From Hemiscyllium ocellatum (Eukaryota), in NCBI RefSeq assembly GCF_020745735.1, contig NC_083427.1:1643438-1707437 (forward strand): 64,000 nt of DNA, given 5' to 3'. This document shows, piece by piece, positions 1-12,688 of this stretch. The first letter of the stretch is position 1, and each line of letters opens with the position of its first letter. A program made the translations under genes and the position numbers. The notes beneath the pieces are model-generated. The model had not been told where the DNA came from. It did not search any database and saw only the letters and a list, made by a program, of their open reading frames with translations.

Positions 1-2720
1 TAGTCATTGCCATGGATGTTATTTATAGCATTTGATATCTAAATTTACAGCAAACTGATGCAGTTTGTTGACAGTGTGCTTGCTGGAGAGCACGGAACAG
101 TGGCCATGTGTAAAAGATTCAAAGAATGTAATCAACTCAATATTTCACTCGTGGGTTGATAGCTGCTGCATTCGTGTATTATTTCATTATAAAATTTCAC
201 ATGCGATATCTTCTCGTGTTATTGATGACGTGACTGTTGAGTATTGATAGACATTGGGGATTGATTAGAAGTCAGCAATAGACCAGTTCATAAAGCTAAG
301 AGATTGTTCATTTCGGGCTTTTGTAATAGCAAAACCATGGCTGTCGTTGAACTTGAACAAATGGAAGAGAAAATAAATTCAAAAGTACTGTCTGACTTTG
401 AGATAAAACGTTGATGGGTGAACAAGAAGTGCAATTTAGGATCTGGGTAGTAGAGTTCTGATCAGATTTACTTGAAAGATTTTGAAGATGGGATCCCAGC
501 ATTGAGAATTGCAGAATAATCTAGAATACCTTTGAAGAGCTTGGAATTTCTGGTCACAGGTCAGCTGAGGTATTTTCGAGAGAGTAATTGATTTGATGGA
601 ACAAGCAGGTATTCCTGCTGATGACTGTATTAAGTAGTCTGGTGAGTATAACACGGTCACGAGTAAACACCAACTTGTGAAGAGTGTAGTCAGCTGCATT
701 GGTGTAGAACATATTTGTTCACGTTAGCGATGGAAAGGAATAGATATATAGGCCAGGAGTCATATCTGGGGGAGAAGCAACTTTGATGCGACTAGGCAAG
801 ATTTAGGAAGCATAGGATGGGGAAGGAAACTGCAGAGGACCAGAACAATTGAAATCTGGAGCTTATTCACGGAACAGCTACTGTGTGTCCTTGTTAATTA
901 TATACATGTCAGGCAGGATGGAAGTTGTCGGGCGAGGCAGCCGTGGTTTAGTAACGAATTTGAGTGTCTTGTCAAGACAAAGAAGAAGGCTTATGTTGGG
1001 ATGAGACGTGAAGTCTCAGTTGGAACACTTGCGAGTTACAAGTTAGCCAGGAAAGACACAAAGAGGGAGCTAAGAAGAACCAGGAGAGTACATGAGAGGT
1101 CATTAGCGGATGGAATGAGGGAAAACTCTGAGGCTATCATTCGGTATATCAGGACGAAAAGAGTGACTCGAGTAAGATTAAGGGAAATCAAAGGTACGAG
1201 TGGGAAGTTGTGCGTGAAGTCAGAGGAAATAGAGGAATGGCTAAATGAATCTTGGCCTCTGTATATGCTGAATATCAGCATGGACCTCACTAATGGCAAT
1301 TCGAACTAATGTAACTCTGATACTTGCTGGAAGCTATCACAAATTGATGCTTTCACACAGCCTGACGGAGAAGACATAAGCACATGCGTGAGAACATCAG
1401 TGTGCAGGTGGAATCAGTTATTATGTAGGGAATGTTGTTCCCAAGACTGATATACATAGTCATTGCCATGGATGTTATTTATAGCATTTGATATCTAAAT
1501 TTACAGCAAACTGATGCAGTTTGTTGACAGTGTGCTTGCTGGAGAGCACGGAACAGTAGCCATGTGTAAAAGATTCAAAGAATGTAATCAACTCAATATT
1601 TCACTCGTGGGTTGATAGCTGCTGCATTCGTGTATTATTTCATTATAAAATTTCACATACGATATCTTCTCGTGTTATTGATGACGTGACTGTTGAGTAT
1701 TGATAGACATTGGGGATTGATTAGAAGTCAGCAATAGACCACTTCATAAAGAGAAGAGATTGTTCATCTCGGGCTTTTGTAATAGCAAAACCATGGCTGT
1801 CGTTGAATTTGAACAAATGGAAGAGAAAATAAATTCAAAAGTAATGTCTGACTTTTAGATAAAACGTTGATGGGTGAACAAGAAGTGCAATTTAGGATCT
1901 GGGTAGTAGAGTTCTGATCAGATTTACTTGAAAGAGTTTGAAGATGGGATCCCAGCATTGAGAATTGCAGAATAATCTAGAATACCTTTGAAGAGCTTGG
2001 AATTTCTGGTCACAGGTCAGCTGAGGTATTTTCGAGAGAGTAATTGATTTGATGGAACAAGCAGGTAGTCCTGCTGATGACTGTATTAAGTAGTCTGGTG
2101 ACTATAACAAGGTCACGAGTAATAACCAACTTGTGAACAGTGTGGTCAGCTGGTTGCATTGGTGGTAACAGCTTTTGTGTAGAACATATTTGTTCAGGTG
2201 AGCGATGGAAAGGGATAGGTATATAGGCCAGGAGTCATATCTGGGGGAGAAGCAACTTTGATGCGATTAGGCAAAATTTAGGACGCATAGGATGGGGAAG
2301 GAAACTGCAGAGGACCAGCACAATTGAAATGTGGAGCTTATTCACGGAACAGCTACTGTGTGTCCTTGTTAATTATAGACATGTCAGGCAGGATGGAAGT
2401 TGTCGGGCGAGGCAGCCGTGGTTTAGTAACGAATTTGAGTCTCATGTCAAGACAAAGAAGGCTTATGTTGGGATGAGACGTGAAGTCTCAGTTAGAACAC
2501 TTGCGAGTTACAAGTTAGCCAGGAAAGACACAAACAGGGAGCTAAGAAGAACCAGGATGGTACATGAGAGGTCATTAGCGGATGGAATCAAGGAAAACCG
2601 TGAGGCTATCATTCTGTATATCAGGACTAAAAGAGTGACTCGAGTAAGATTAAGGGCAATCAAAGGTAGGAGTGGGAAGTTGTGCATGGAGTCAGTGGAA
2701 ACAGAGGAATAGCTAAATGA
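1..2720 (+). repeat. Tandem duplication with period 1456 bp (copy 1: 1 to about 1251; copy 2: 1457 to about 2720)
   Basis: tagtcattgccatggatg occurs at 1 and 1457, and paired ORFs 308..502 and 1764..1958 are offset by exactly 1456. The copies are near-identical with scattered substitutions and small indels. Confidence 0.95.
705..1251 (+). mobile_element. CR1-type LINE 5' fragment, truncated by the tandem-duplication breakpoint
   Basis: It matches about 2177-2720, and homology stops abruptly at aaatgaatctt (about 1251). Confidence 0.8.
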
Positions 2721-4395
2721 ATCTTTTTTGTCAGTTTTCACACAGGGAAAATACTATGTTGTTGAGGAGAATACAGAGATACAGGTCACTGGCCTGGATG
2801 GGATTGAGGTTCACAAAGAAGAGATGTTTGCAATTCTGGAAAGTTTGAAAATAGATAAGTCCACTGGGTCCGATGGGATTTATCCTCGGATTCCCTAGGG
2901 AGCCGGAGAGGTGATTGAAAAGCTTTTGGCTTTGATCCTGGTGTCTTAATTATCTACAGGAATAGTGCCAGAGGACTGGAAAGTAGCAAATGTTGTTCCC
3001 TTGTTCAAGAAGGTGAGTAAGGTCAACTCTGGTAATTGTAGAGCAGTGAGCATTAGTTCGTTTACGGGTGTAGTGTAGGAAAAGATGGTTAGAGATAGAA
3101 TGTATAATTATCTGGAGAGAATGAAGTTCATTAGGGACAGTAGATACGGTTTTGTGAAGAGTAGGACATGTCTCACAAATCTTACTGAGCGCTTTGAGAA
3201 AGTGACCAAACACGTGATTGAGGGTAAAGCGTTTGATGTGTTGTTTTTGGATTTCAGTAAGGTACTTGATAAGGTTCCCACGGCACGCTATTTCAGAAAA
3301 TACAGAAGCATATGATTGATGATGATCTAGTGGTTTCCATAAGAAATCGACCAGATGAAAACAGACAGAGGTTGGTGGTTCTGAGAAATATTCATACTGG
3401 AGTTCAGTTACTAGTCGTGTATCACGAGAATCTGTTTTGGAGGCACTGCTTTTTGTCATTTTGATAAATGACCTGGACGAGGGTGCAGAAGGATGGGTTA
3501 GTAAGTTTGCGAATGAAACTAAGGTTGGTACAGTTTGGATAATGATTAAGGATGTTGTGGATTACATAGAGACATAGATAAGCTGCTGAGTTGGGCTGAG
3601 AGATGGAAAATGGAATATAATGCGGAAAAGCGTGAGTTGATTCACTTTGGAAGGAGGGACAGGAATGCAGAGCACTGTGTTCATAGCAATATTCTTGGTA
3701 GTGTGGTTGGACAGAGAGATCTCGGTGTCCATGTCTGCACATCTCTGAAAGTTACCAACCAGGTTGATAGATTTGTTAAGAAGGCATACAGTGTATTAAC
3801 TTTTATTAGTGGAGGGATTGAGTTTCGGAGCCATGAAATTATGCTGCAGCTGTGTAAAACTCTGGTGCGGCCGCACTAGGAGTACTGTGCAGAGTTATGA
3901 TCACTACATTCTAGGAAGGATGGAAAGAGTTCAGAGGAGATTTATTAGAATGTTGCCTGGTATGGAGGGAAGATCTTACGAGGGAAGGCTGAGGGACTTG
4001 AGGCTGTTTTCGTTCCAGAGAAGAAGGTTGAGAAGTGAATTAATTGAGACATATATGATAATCAGAGGGTTAGGCAGGGCGAATAGTGAGAGCCTTTTTC
4101 CAACGGATGGTGACAGCTATCACAGAGGACATAACTTTACATTGCGGAGTGATAGATAAAGGACAGGCTTCAGAGATATTTTCATTATTCAGTGAATAGT
4201 AGGGGCATGAAACAGCCTGCGTGCAACAGTAGTAGAATCGCCAAAGTTAAGGGCATTTAAATGGCCATCGGATAGACATATGAATGAAAATGGAATAATG
4301 TAGTTTAGATGGGCTTCAGAACAGTTTCAGAAGTCGGTGCAACATCAAGAGATGAAGACCCTCTATTGCACTGTAATGTTCCATATTCTATGTTG
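2177..4395 (+). mobile_element. Decayed CR1/L2-superfamily non-LTR retrotransposon (ORF2 RT region to 3' tail)
   Basis: Fragmented RT motifs GFVKSRTCLTNLTERFEKVT, DVLFLDFSKVLDKVP, VINDL, FANETKVG and LCKTLVRPH are present. It ends in a ctatgtt-type tail and has many stops and frameshifts. Confidence 0.9.
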
Positions 4396-4904
4396 TATAA
4401 AAAGAAAATGTGGTCTCGTTCCCTGACAGGAATGCTTTAAGTTTACGGGGTCCAATCAAAAATTGAATGGAGAGAAATCCATTTGTCTCTATCGAGAATA
4501 CAGGGAATTGTTTTTGAAAAGAAAACCGTCTAAATTAAGGTAAATAGAAAGCAATGTCTTTTATGATCGAGATAAGTGTTAGGTTCAAGGAATTTGGCTC
4601 CAGAAGGAGGGAATTTCACAGAAACAGTGTGTACATTATACAACAGCAAGGCGCGAAACATTTTGAAAGCTAATTTTAGGAAAAAAATGAGGTTATGGGA
4701 ATTAAGAATAAGATTTCGGCGATAAAATAGGCGTGAACTGTTCATTTCTACACCCTGGTGAAATTCTGACAACTGTGATAGTACACACAGTTCGAAGGTG
4801 GGGAATTGATCTATGTGTGCTGCCAAACTGTACAACGTGTTGGCGAGAACCCGGGAAACAGCCTGATGATTCGAGCTGGACCATTTAGAAGAAATTTGAG
4901 AAGA

Positions 4905-5150
4905 CGTTTGTTCATCTAAAGAGTGGTGAGAATGTGGATTTTATTACCGCAAGAAGTAGTTGATACTGATATATTGAATGTGTACAACAGGCGGCGAGAT
5001 GTAGCACTTTGGAGGGAACAGGATAAAATGTTGTGGGGAGAAAGCAGGATTAGGCTATTGATTTGGACGATGAGTAGGATCATGAAGAATGTCAGAGCAG
5101 GCTCGAAGGTCTGAATGGCCTGCTCCTGTTCCTATCTTCTATGTTTCCAT
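4905..5150 (+). mobile_element. CR1/L2-type LINE 3'-end fragment
   Basis: It has the typical 3' segment (agagtggtgagaatgtgg...gaatggcctgctcctgttcctatcttctatgtt). Confidence 0.55.
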
Positions 5151-5859
5151 TTTTCGAGATAGTAGAGATTCTACTTGAGGAAGGAACAATTTTGCTCCCT
5201 CAAGTACTTGACCAAGGCCTCCAGATTCCTTTTGTCTCTGGTGTGTAAACGCACTTCTGTTGACTTTTCAAAATCACAATGATATCAAAATGAAAAGCTT
5301 GCTCAAAATTATTTCCTGATTATTACATGAGATCAAATTGTCTCGTTAGCAAGAAATGTAAAACAGATTATTGGAAATAAATCATTAATATTTCAATATT
5401 TGGTTTTTGTTTTAATATAGAAAGAAATGCTTTAATAAGTAGATGGGTTTAGGGCGCCGTATACAGAACGTCGAGTCTCGGAGGCTGAAAGTACATTGAT
5501 TAGTTTTTGGACAGTTGAAATGAGGAATTCTTCAGAGGCTAGTGCATCAACACAAATGTCTCACACGATTTCAGCTCGAGGAAATGTAAGAGTTCGAGTT
5601 GAGTGAAGCCATTGAGAGGTTGAGGACAAGGAAGAGAATTCTGAAATCGAGGGATTGCTTGACATGACCAATTACATCACAAAGCAGAGAGCCGGTCCTA
5701 TGTACTTGGCCTGAGATTAAGACATTGCAGAAGGTGATTAGAAGACCCAAAGTTAGAAAGTGGGAGTTTGGCCAGGGAAGCATTTTCTAGATTGTACAAA
5801 TTTGTCTTAATGTTTGAACAGTAGATAAGGTCCCCGTCAAATCAGACAGTGAAGTTAGA

Positions 5860-6640
5860 TACAAAAATAGGTTGTCTTAATGAGGAAGTTGAGTGGCGAC
5901 CATTTAGAGGTTTATAAAATCATGAGAACAATGTATAAGGTAAATATCAAAGTATATTCCCGAAGGAATATGACTCCAAATCTAGAATGGATAGTTTTAA
6001 GGATTGAAAGGAATCTGTGGTTCAGGTTTTTTTTCTGCACAGAGCGTGGTGTGTATATGAAATGACCTTCCAGAGAAAGTGGTAGAAGTGGTACTGTAAC
6101 AAAATTTAAATGATTTTCGGAAGGTAAATGAAGAGGAGATGGACAAAGTATCAGTAAATGAAGAAGGCCCTTGGAATGCTTTCCGTAATTGGTCAGTGCG
6201 CTGAGTATGAGTTAGTAGGTTATGTGACAGCTGTACAGGATATTGTTTCGGTCGCTTTTGGAATATTGTCTGTAGTGCTGGTCTCCCTGCTTTGGGAAGG
6301 ACGTTCTGAAATTTGAGAGACTTCAGAAAACGAGTTACAAGGATGTTTCTAGGGTTGAAGGTGTTGAGCTATAGGAGACGATGAATTGACTGGGATTATT
6401 TCCCTTGGTGCGTCAGAAGCTGATTTGTGACCTTATCGAAGTTTATAACATTATGAATGGTAATGAGAACTGAAATAGACAATGTATCTTCCCCTGTGTG
6501 AGGAAGTCCAAAGATGGAGGTTGAAGGATCAAGGTGAGAGTGGAAGATATGAAAGACTTCTAAATGATATGTTTTTTCTCACTGAGGATGGTGAGTTAAT
6601 GGATTGAGCTACCAGTTGGAGGTTTGATTGAAATGTTTCT
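5860..6640 (+). mobile_element. Cluster of old CR1/L2 3' fragments
   Basis: Degenerate ORF2 C-terminal segments (GDHLEVYKIMR-like) and a ctgtacagg...ggtcgcttttggaatattg...ggtctcc segment. Confidence 0.5.
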
Positions 6641-6841
6641 TTCTGCTCCTTGGACTCCATCAGTAGAACAAGTGTGGATCTCACCTCAAGGTTAAATATG
6701 ATGCTGACATTACAACATGATGTTCTGATACAATAACATGATTTTTTGGGTATTATTTGAGAGTAAGCGATTGTACATGACATCACCGAAACAATGTAGC
6801 CATCTATATGCAAGAGAGTAAGTCTTAATTTGTAATTTTAG

Positions 6842-7162
6842 GCAGACAGCCTTCTCCACCAGTCATCAGTCTACACTACTCTGCAACTGAAGAACAGAGG
6901 GCAAACGGATTTCTTCAGCTGATTTGTCTCATCACTGGATACTATCCTGAAGGAACTGTAGTGACCTGGCAGAAGAACGGAAATACCTTAAATTCTGGCT
7001 TTACAACTACATCTCCAACGAAAACAGCGACCAGTGATTTTAGCTCTACAAGTTTGCTTAAAGTGTCCCTGCAGGAATGGAACAGCGGCTCTGTGTACAT
7101 CTGTCAAGTTTCTCATTCTGCTTCCAACAGTAACCAGAGAAAAGAAATTAGTTCAACATCGG
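6842..7162 (+). CDS. IgNAR: IgNAR constant exon C1 (first codon split with the upstream J exon)
   Basis: Acceptor ttttAG at 6840-6841 and donor G|GTAAG at 7162/7163; 321 nt, phase 1-1. It translates without stops to (G)RQPSPPVISLHYSATEEQRANGFLQLICLITGYYPEGTVVTWQKNGNTLNSGFTTTSPTKTATSDFSSTSLLKVSLQEWNSGSVYICQVSHSASNSNQRKEISSTS. This is an Ig C1-set domain with both Cys and Trp and the SATEEQRAN motif typical of shark IgNAR C1. Confidence 0.96.
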
Positions 7163-7455
7163 GTAAGAAAACTAAAAAAACTCACAGACTCACATTCATA
7201 AACGTAATCAGTTTTGTAATAAATATTAGACAAGATGGAAAATTATTTTGTTGGGTTATTACTGAGAATGAAACATTCTTGAATTAGTTGCAGTGAGTAA
7301 TATCAATAGGAATTTGTAGTCCAGAGAAATGTTACAGCAAAGATAAGTCGAAATGAAACAGGTACCTAAACCCGCTCTTTCAAAAAAACAGTGGAGAATA
7401 ACATCAGAAATTATTTCCCTTTGCTCTGTATAGGTCTGACTGAAATAACCAAACT

Positions 7456-7777
7456 TTTAGATTAGATTAGATTAGACTAGACTAGACTAGACTTACAGTG
7501 TGGAAACAGGCCCTTTGGCCCAACAAGTCCACACCGACCCACCGAAGCGCAACCCACCCATACCCCTTACCTAACACTACGGGGAATTTAGCATGGCCAA
7601 TTCACCTGACCCACACATCTTTGGACTGTGGGAGGAAACCGGAGCACCCGGAGGAAACCCACGCAGACACGGGGAGAATGTGCAAACTCCACACAGTCAG
7701 TCGCCTGAGGCGGGAATTGAACCCAGGTCCCTGGCGCTGTGAGGCAGCAGTGCTAACCACTGTGCCACCGTGCTGCC
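7456..7777 (-). mobile_element. HE1-type tRNA-derived SINE, young copy
   Basis: On the - strand it has a GGCAGCACGGTGGCACAGTGGTTAGCAC A-box head and GGTTCAATTCC B-box, a conserved core, and an (ATTAG)n/(ACTAG)n tail at 7456-7491. It is highly similar to the copies at 51367 and 57924. Confidence 0.9.
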
Positions 7778-8259
7778 GTGAGCAAACCTCTTAATTGACA
7801 AGTTTAGGCAGAGTTTCTGGATATTCTCAGAATTAAAAATTCTTTTGCAACGTGGTAATCCCCCGCTTTTGCTTATTTTCCAAATCAATTCAGAGCAGCA
7901 AAATAAAGTTTTGACAATGCACACACTTCATTACAAAGGAATCATTTTCAACAATGCGTATTTGTAAAGCTGTCGCTAGTGAGGATTTAGTATTGTCTGT
8001 TGCTGATTGCTGCCACGCAATTGTAGATAGGATGTATTGGGGGGACAATGTTCAGAGTAGCTAAGTAGAGAGATAAGGTGTCTGGTGGAAAGAGATAGAA
8101 ATTTGTTATTGGAAGGGGTTCTACAGAATGTTTATTTGGAACATTTATTATATAGATCATCATTTAGACAGGACTTTAAAATACCTATCGGTGATAATGA
8201 TCTCATTGACCTTCTGTGCTTAAAATGCATCGACTGTCACGATGTGGTAAATTTTCTCT

Positions 8260-8780
8260 GTCTCTACCTGTCTACCTTGCTCTAGAACTCCTGTTTTATT
8301 CCTGTCAGTTTTTTTCCTCTGTCTTTGTCTATCTATCTGTCTGTCTCTGCTTCCTCTGATCGCTGTCGTTCTGTCACTTCATCTTTGTTTTCACTGATCA
8401 TGTGTCTATGTCTCGGTTTCTATGTACCTCTACGTCTCGGAATTATTTCTACTTTCGTCTTCTTGTTTCTGCAAGTTGGAATCATTTTTCGTGCATCAAT
8501 TACTGTTGCTCCTTTTGCTTCTCTTAGGATTTGCACCTGTAGGTGTCCAATCCTCTATTTCTTATCTTCTTTCCCTCTAGCCTCTCCGTCCGTCTCTGGC
8601 TAGCTTCTCTGATCTGTCATCTCAAGCTCCCATTCACTAGCTTTATATCTCTATATCTATACCTGACTCACAGTTTGTCTGTCTCTGAATCTGTCTCTAT
8701 GAATGCTCACTTCACGGACCCACACGAAACACTTCATTTATCCAAATCTTTCTCTGACTTTCCTTATTGCTTGCTCTGTT
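8260..8780. repeat. Degenerate CT-rich low-complexity tract
   Basis: About 500 bp dominated by tctc/tgtc/tatc units on the + strand. Confidence 0.75.
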
Positions 8781-8855
8781 TCTTAATTCTATTGGCAGAA
8801 GCAAATGATGCAAACCAACAAACCTGAAAAGATGCAATGGCGCTTCATATTTGTT

Positions 8856-8980
8856 GTGTGTGCATATACATGTGTGTGTGGATATATATATGTGTGTGTG
8901 TGTATATATACACACACACACACAAGCATTAACACACAAACAAACACAAGACTCATGAGAAAGAGAGAAAGAGGGAGAGA
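8856..8980. repeat. Compound TG/TA/CA/GA microsatellite containing a perfect 32-bp palindrome (8891-8922)
   Basis: (TG)6 (TA)4 (CA)6 at 8891-8922, flanked by further TG, TA, CA and GA runs. Confidence 0.9.
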
Positions 8981-9095
8981 GATGGTTGCATTTTTCATCC
9001 CTTCCTTGTTCACTGATTTTGACATTCTTGTTGCACGCCTGGTCACATTATTGAATCAGGGACCAGAATCTGAATCTCTGATTTCTCTCTGACAG

Positions 9096-9392
9096 AGATA
9101 GCTGTATTATTAAGGGAGCCATTGGTTGAAGAAATCTGGATCAATAAAAGTGCCATTCTGGTTTGCGAAGTGCATTCAACAGTTGCCAGTCAGGTAGTTA
9201 TCTCTTGGATGGTGGATGGAAAGGTGCGGAATGAAGGCGTTCAAATTGAAGCAGCGAACAGAAACCAATATGTGACAATCAGCCGCTTGACTAGCACTGT
9301 GGACGAGTGGCAGAGTGGGGTGGAATACACATGTTCTGCAAAACAGGATCAATCATCACCCGCAGTATCAAAACGAACAAGAATGGCAAGAG
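9096..9392 (+). CDS. IgNAR: IgNAR constant exon C2
   Basis: Acceptor ctctgacAG at 9094-9095 and donor G|GTTGGT; 297 nt. It translates to (E)IAVLLREPLVEEIWINKSAILVCEVHSTVASQVVISWMVDGKVRNEGVQIEAANRNQYVTISRLTSTVDEWQSGVEYTCSAKQDQSSPAVSKRTRMAR. Confidence 0.95.
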
Positions 9393-9472
9393 GTTGGTGA
9401 CAAGAACTATGTATTTGTACATGTCATTTTATGAGCGAGGAAATACTAAAAATGTATGTACTTCTATTACAG

Positions 9473-9790
9473 TTAAATCAATGAAGCCATATATCCGCCT
9501 CCTGCCTCCATCACCAGAAGAAATTCAGAACAGCAGCTCTGCTACTCTCACATGTTTGCTGAGAGGATTCTATCCTGACAAAATACGCGTTTTCTGGGAG
9601 AAAGATGGAGCTTCTGTCAACGAGAACATCACCAATTTCCCCACTGCTCTGGAACAGGACCTGACCTACAGCGCACGGAGCCTCCTCATTTTACCTGCAG
9701 CAGAATGGAAGAGTGGCGCAAAATACACCTGTACTGCCTCGCATCCACCTTCACAGTCCACTGTGAAAAGGGTCATCAGGAGCCCGAAAG
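9473..9790 (+). CDS. IgNAR: IgNAR constant exon C3
   Basis: Acceptor ctattacAG at 9471-9472 after an 80-nt intron, donor G|GTAAG at 9790/9791; 318 nt. It translates to (V)KSMKPYIRLLPPSPEEIQNSSSATLTCLLRGFYPDKIRVFWEKDG...EWKSGAKYTCTASHPPSQSTVKRVIRSPK. Confidence 0.96.
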
Positions 9791-10439
9791 GTAAGGACAG
9801 TGTTCTAGCAACCATGGTCAACATTAACACTTTGTGTTAAATATCAACAGAACATGAAATCTTAACTAAACATTCTAAGGTTCCAGCAATTTTAAAATAC
9901 ACAAGATCTTTTGGAATGAAACACCTTTAGCACACTGCACATGGCTATGAGGTAAACAGGAGAAGCAATACCATCCAACAAGCGCATGGTCTCAAGGAGT
10001 GTGAAGCCCGGTGATATTAAAAAAGGAAGGAACCTCCTGTGGCGCATTGCCCTCTTGTGGCATCCTGGACCAAGATGCTTGTGTTTACTTGCCACCTCCT
10101 CCAGAGTTGTGTGTTGAGTTATCTGAACAGGTTGACGAGAAAAATAGGTTAACTAAAAACTTATGTTAAGAGAAAGGGCTGAAACACAAGATTAATGTTT
10201 GAAGGCGTGTTGTCTTTCGAGAACAATGAAATTTGTTGAGAGGATGATTGTGTCGAAATGATTTTATGTTTTGCTTGCTTCTGTCACTGCTTCATGCTCC
10301 TCCTTTGATACCAGCTCGAGCGGTTGCTGACAGTCAACTGAAAGGTACTTAGAAATGCAAACATTTCTCGACGAGTAGAATTCATGCACATGAATTAACG
10401 TGTGCATTGGAAGGATTATATTATTCAGCCCTTTGACCA

Positions 10440-11298
10440 TGGAGGTCACATGGAGGGCAGTGACAATGGATGTTGTAGATTACCGATGGACAGAGGTAAG
10501 ATGCAGCCCTGGATTGTGGGTGCCAAGTGGAATTTAATGCGGAAAGCTGTGAGGTGGTTCACTCTGGAAATAGTTAAATGAGTCAAGTGTTCAAGGGGCA
10601 CATGGTGAGATTTTTGGTGGTGCAGATGAGCAGAGGGATCTCAATGTCCATGTGCAGAGATCCTTGGAAGTTGCCACCCATGTTGATGGAGTTATTAAGA
10701 AGACTTACGCTATTTTAGTTTTGATTGGTAGAGGGAATGAGTTTCGGAACCATGAGTTCATGTTGCCTCTATGAAAAACTCTGGTGCGGCCACAGTTGGA
10801 ATATTGCGTACAGTTCTCGTCACCACACTATAGGAAGGATTTGGAAGTTTTGGAAAGGGTTCAAAGGAGATTTACTGGGATGCTGCCTGATACCTCTTAT
10901 GAGGAAATGCTGATGGACTTGAGAGTGTTTTCGTCAGAGTGAAGAAGTTTGGGATGTGACTTCATTGAGATATATAAGATAGTCAGAGGCTTAGATAGGG
11001 TGGACAATGAGAGCCTTTATCTTCGATTGGCCATGGACAGCACGCAGAGACATAGCTTTAAATTAAGTGTGATAGACATGGAGGTAGTTCCTTTCCTCAC
11101 AGAGTAGTAGGGGCATGGAACGCATTGCCTGCTACAGTACTTGACTCGCAAACTTGAAGGGCATTGACATGGTCATTGGATATGGATATGGACGAGAATG
11201 GCATAGGGTCGGTTAGATTGGCTTCAGGGTAGTTTTACAGGTCGGGGAAGCATCGAGGCCCGAAGGGCTTATACTGTGTTGTAATGTTCCATTTTCTA
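10440..11298 (+). mobile_element. 5'-truncated CR1-type LINE in the C3-C4 intron
   Basis: Co-linear with the 3' half of the 2177-4395 element (cagagggatctc...gttgccacccatgttgat...aaaactctggtgcggccacagttgg) and ends with the same tail. Confidence 0.85.
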
Positions 11299-12688
11299 GA
11301 TGATTAATTTTATTCTGATCAGTTTTTATTTAAAATTCCATTCCCGCCTCTATCACTAAATTGTATTAGCTGAAAGGTTTTGAAAAAGCAAGACTATTTG
11401 GATGGAACATAAAATATGAACCACCTATTGAGGAAGAAATGGTAATAGAGCGCGACTGAACTCAGGTTGCGAATCGACAAATTCATGTTAACAGTCTGCT
11501 TGATTGAACAGAGATACAGCAGAAGAGATGAACTCAGGACAGCCAGAGGAAAAGCAAGGATTTGTAGTGAAGAGTTTGGAATGCGAGACAGTAATATTAA
11601 TCAACAAGGGAGTAGTTTTTGCAATATTCTCCCGCCCAGACAACCTGACCGAGGCAATGACATAACAGAGGAACTGCATAAGCTTTGCAATATGCGCACA
11701 AAATAGAATTATGCCGTTCGAACTATAGAATAGACATGGAGCATCATTCCTCACAAATATTATTGAAACTTTCAGAGATAACCCGATCTGTGAATTTTGT
11801 AATTGTACTAAAATTTAAGGTAACAATACAAACAGAACATTCAAGAACCTTCTTTTCATTTGTACTTTACGTTATGCACTAAGAAAGTAACTGTTATTGT
11901 ACTAAGAGCAACCATTTTTCCTTTAGCAATCTAGGAGCATGCTTTCCCCTACGTTATGCATTCCTTTAAAATTATCACGATTCTGAACAAGTGTTAGTTT
12001 TGTCTATTCCCAACACCAGAGTTGAGAACTGAAAGACATGTGCTCACAATATTTTAGATTTCTTCACTTAACACTCTTCAAAGATGAGTAATATGAAAAA
12101 CATCTCTTGAATGGGTCCTTGACTGAAACTGAATCATGCAGCAAGTATCTTTTATTTTCAAATAAAAACCTGCCGAGGAAATAGGCAGCAAAATCAGTTG
12201 AAAGGATGCAATCAATAAAAATGCAGTTTGATACCAATTTCTCAATTTCTCCATGAGTTTTTCTGACACAGAGCAAATAATGTTAGCTCATGTACAGCGG
12301 CCACATATGATATGTGTTTGCTCGTCTGGGATTGGATTCCGATAAATGCAGTTCATGTGGCAGCAATTGTCTTCTGACATTGGTAACTGCAATAGGTGAA
12401 AATGTGCAGCACTCGAATGGAGACATTAGGCCTCAGTATACCCAAGGCAGAGCAGTTTCCAAATTGTTCAAGATTATATCGGAAATATTACTGAAGGCTT
12501 ATCCATAATATTCAGAGTGAATGCAACCAATACGAAAAGGAGGACACAGCATCTGATTAACTAAGCCTAAACGGTCTCAGAAAACAGATAACAGATCGCA
12601 GTAAGTAAAACTATTTCCAACTCTAGTAGTGTTTTGGAATTGATTTCGATATCGCGGCCTGAAAACATGCATTCTTTTCTGTTTCGAG

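Noticed and set aside
1-6841. J segment, D segments, V exon or recombination signal sequences
   Set aside because: I found no YGxGTxVTV-type J with a donor. GGTTTTTGT at 5402 has no CACTGTG at 12 or 22/23 spacing. The CACAGTG hits I checked (19515, about 34364, 49790, SINE heads) lack a nonamer.
7690-7777. tRNA gene
   Set aside because: The A/B boxes belong to tRNA-derived SINE heads here and in the other copies; there is no complete cloverleaf.
9307-9840. 177-aa ORF as a single protein
   Set aside because: It is the C3 exon read together with the 80-nt intron and an off-frame part of C2; the splice signals define the real exons.
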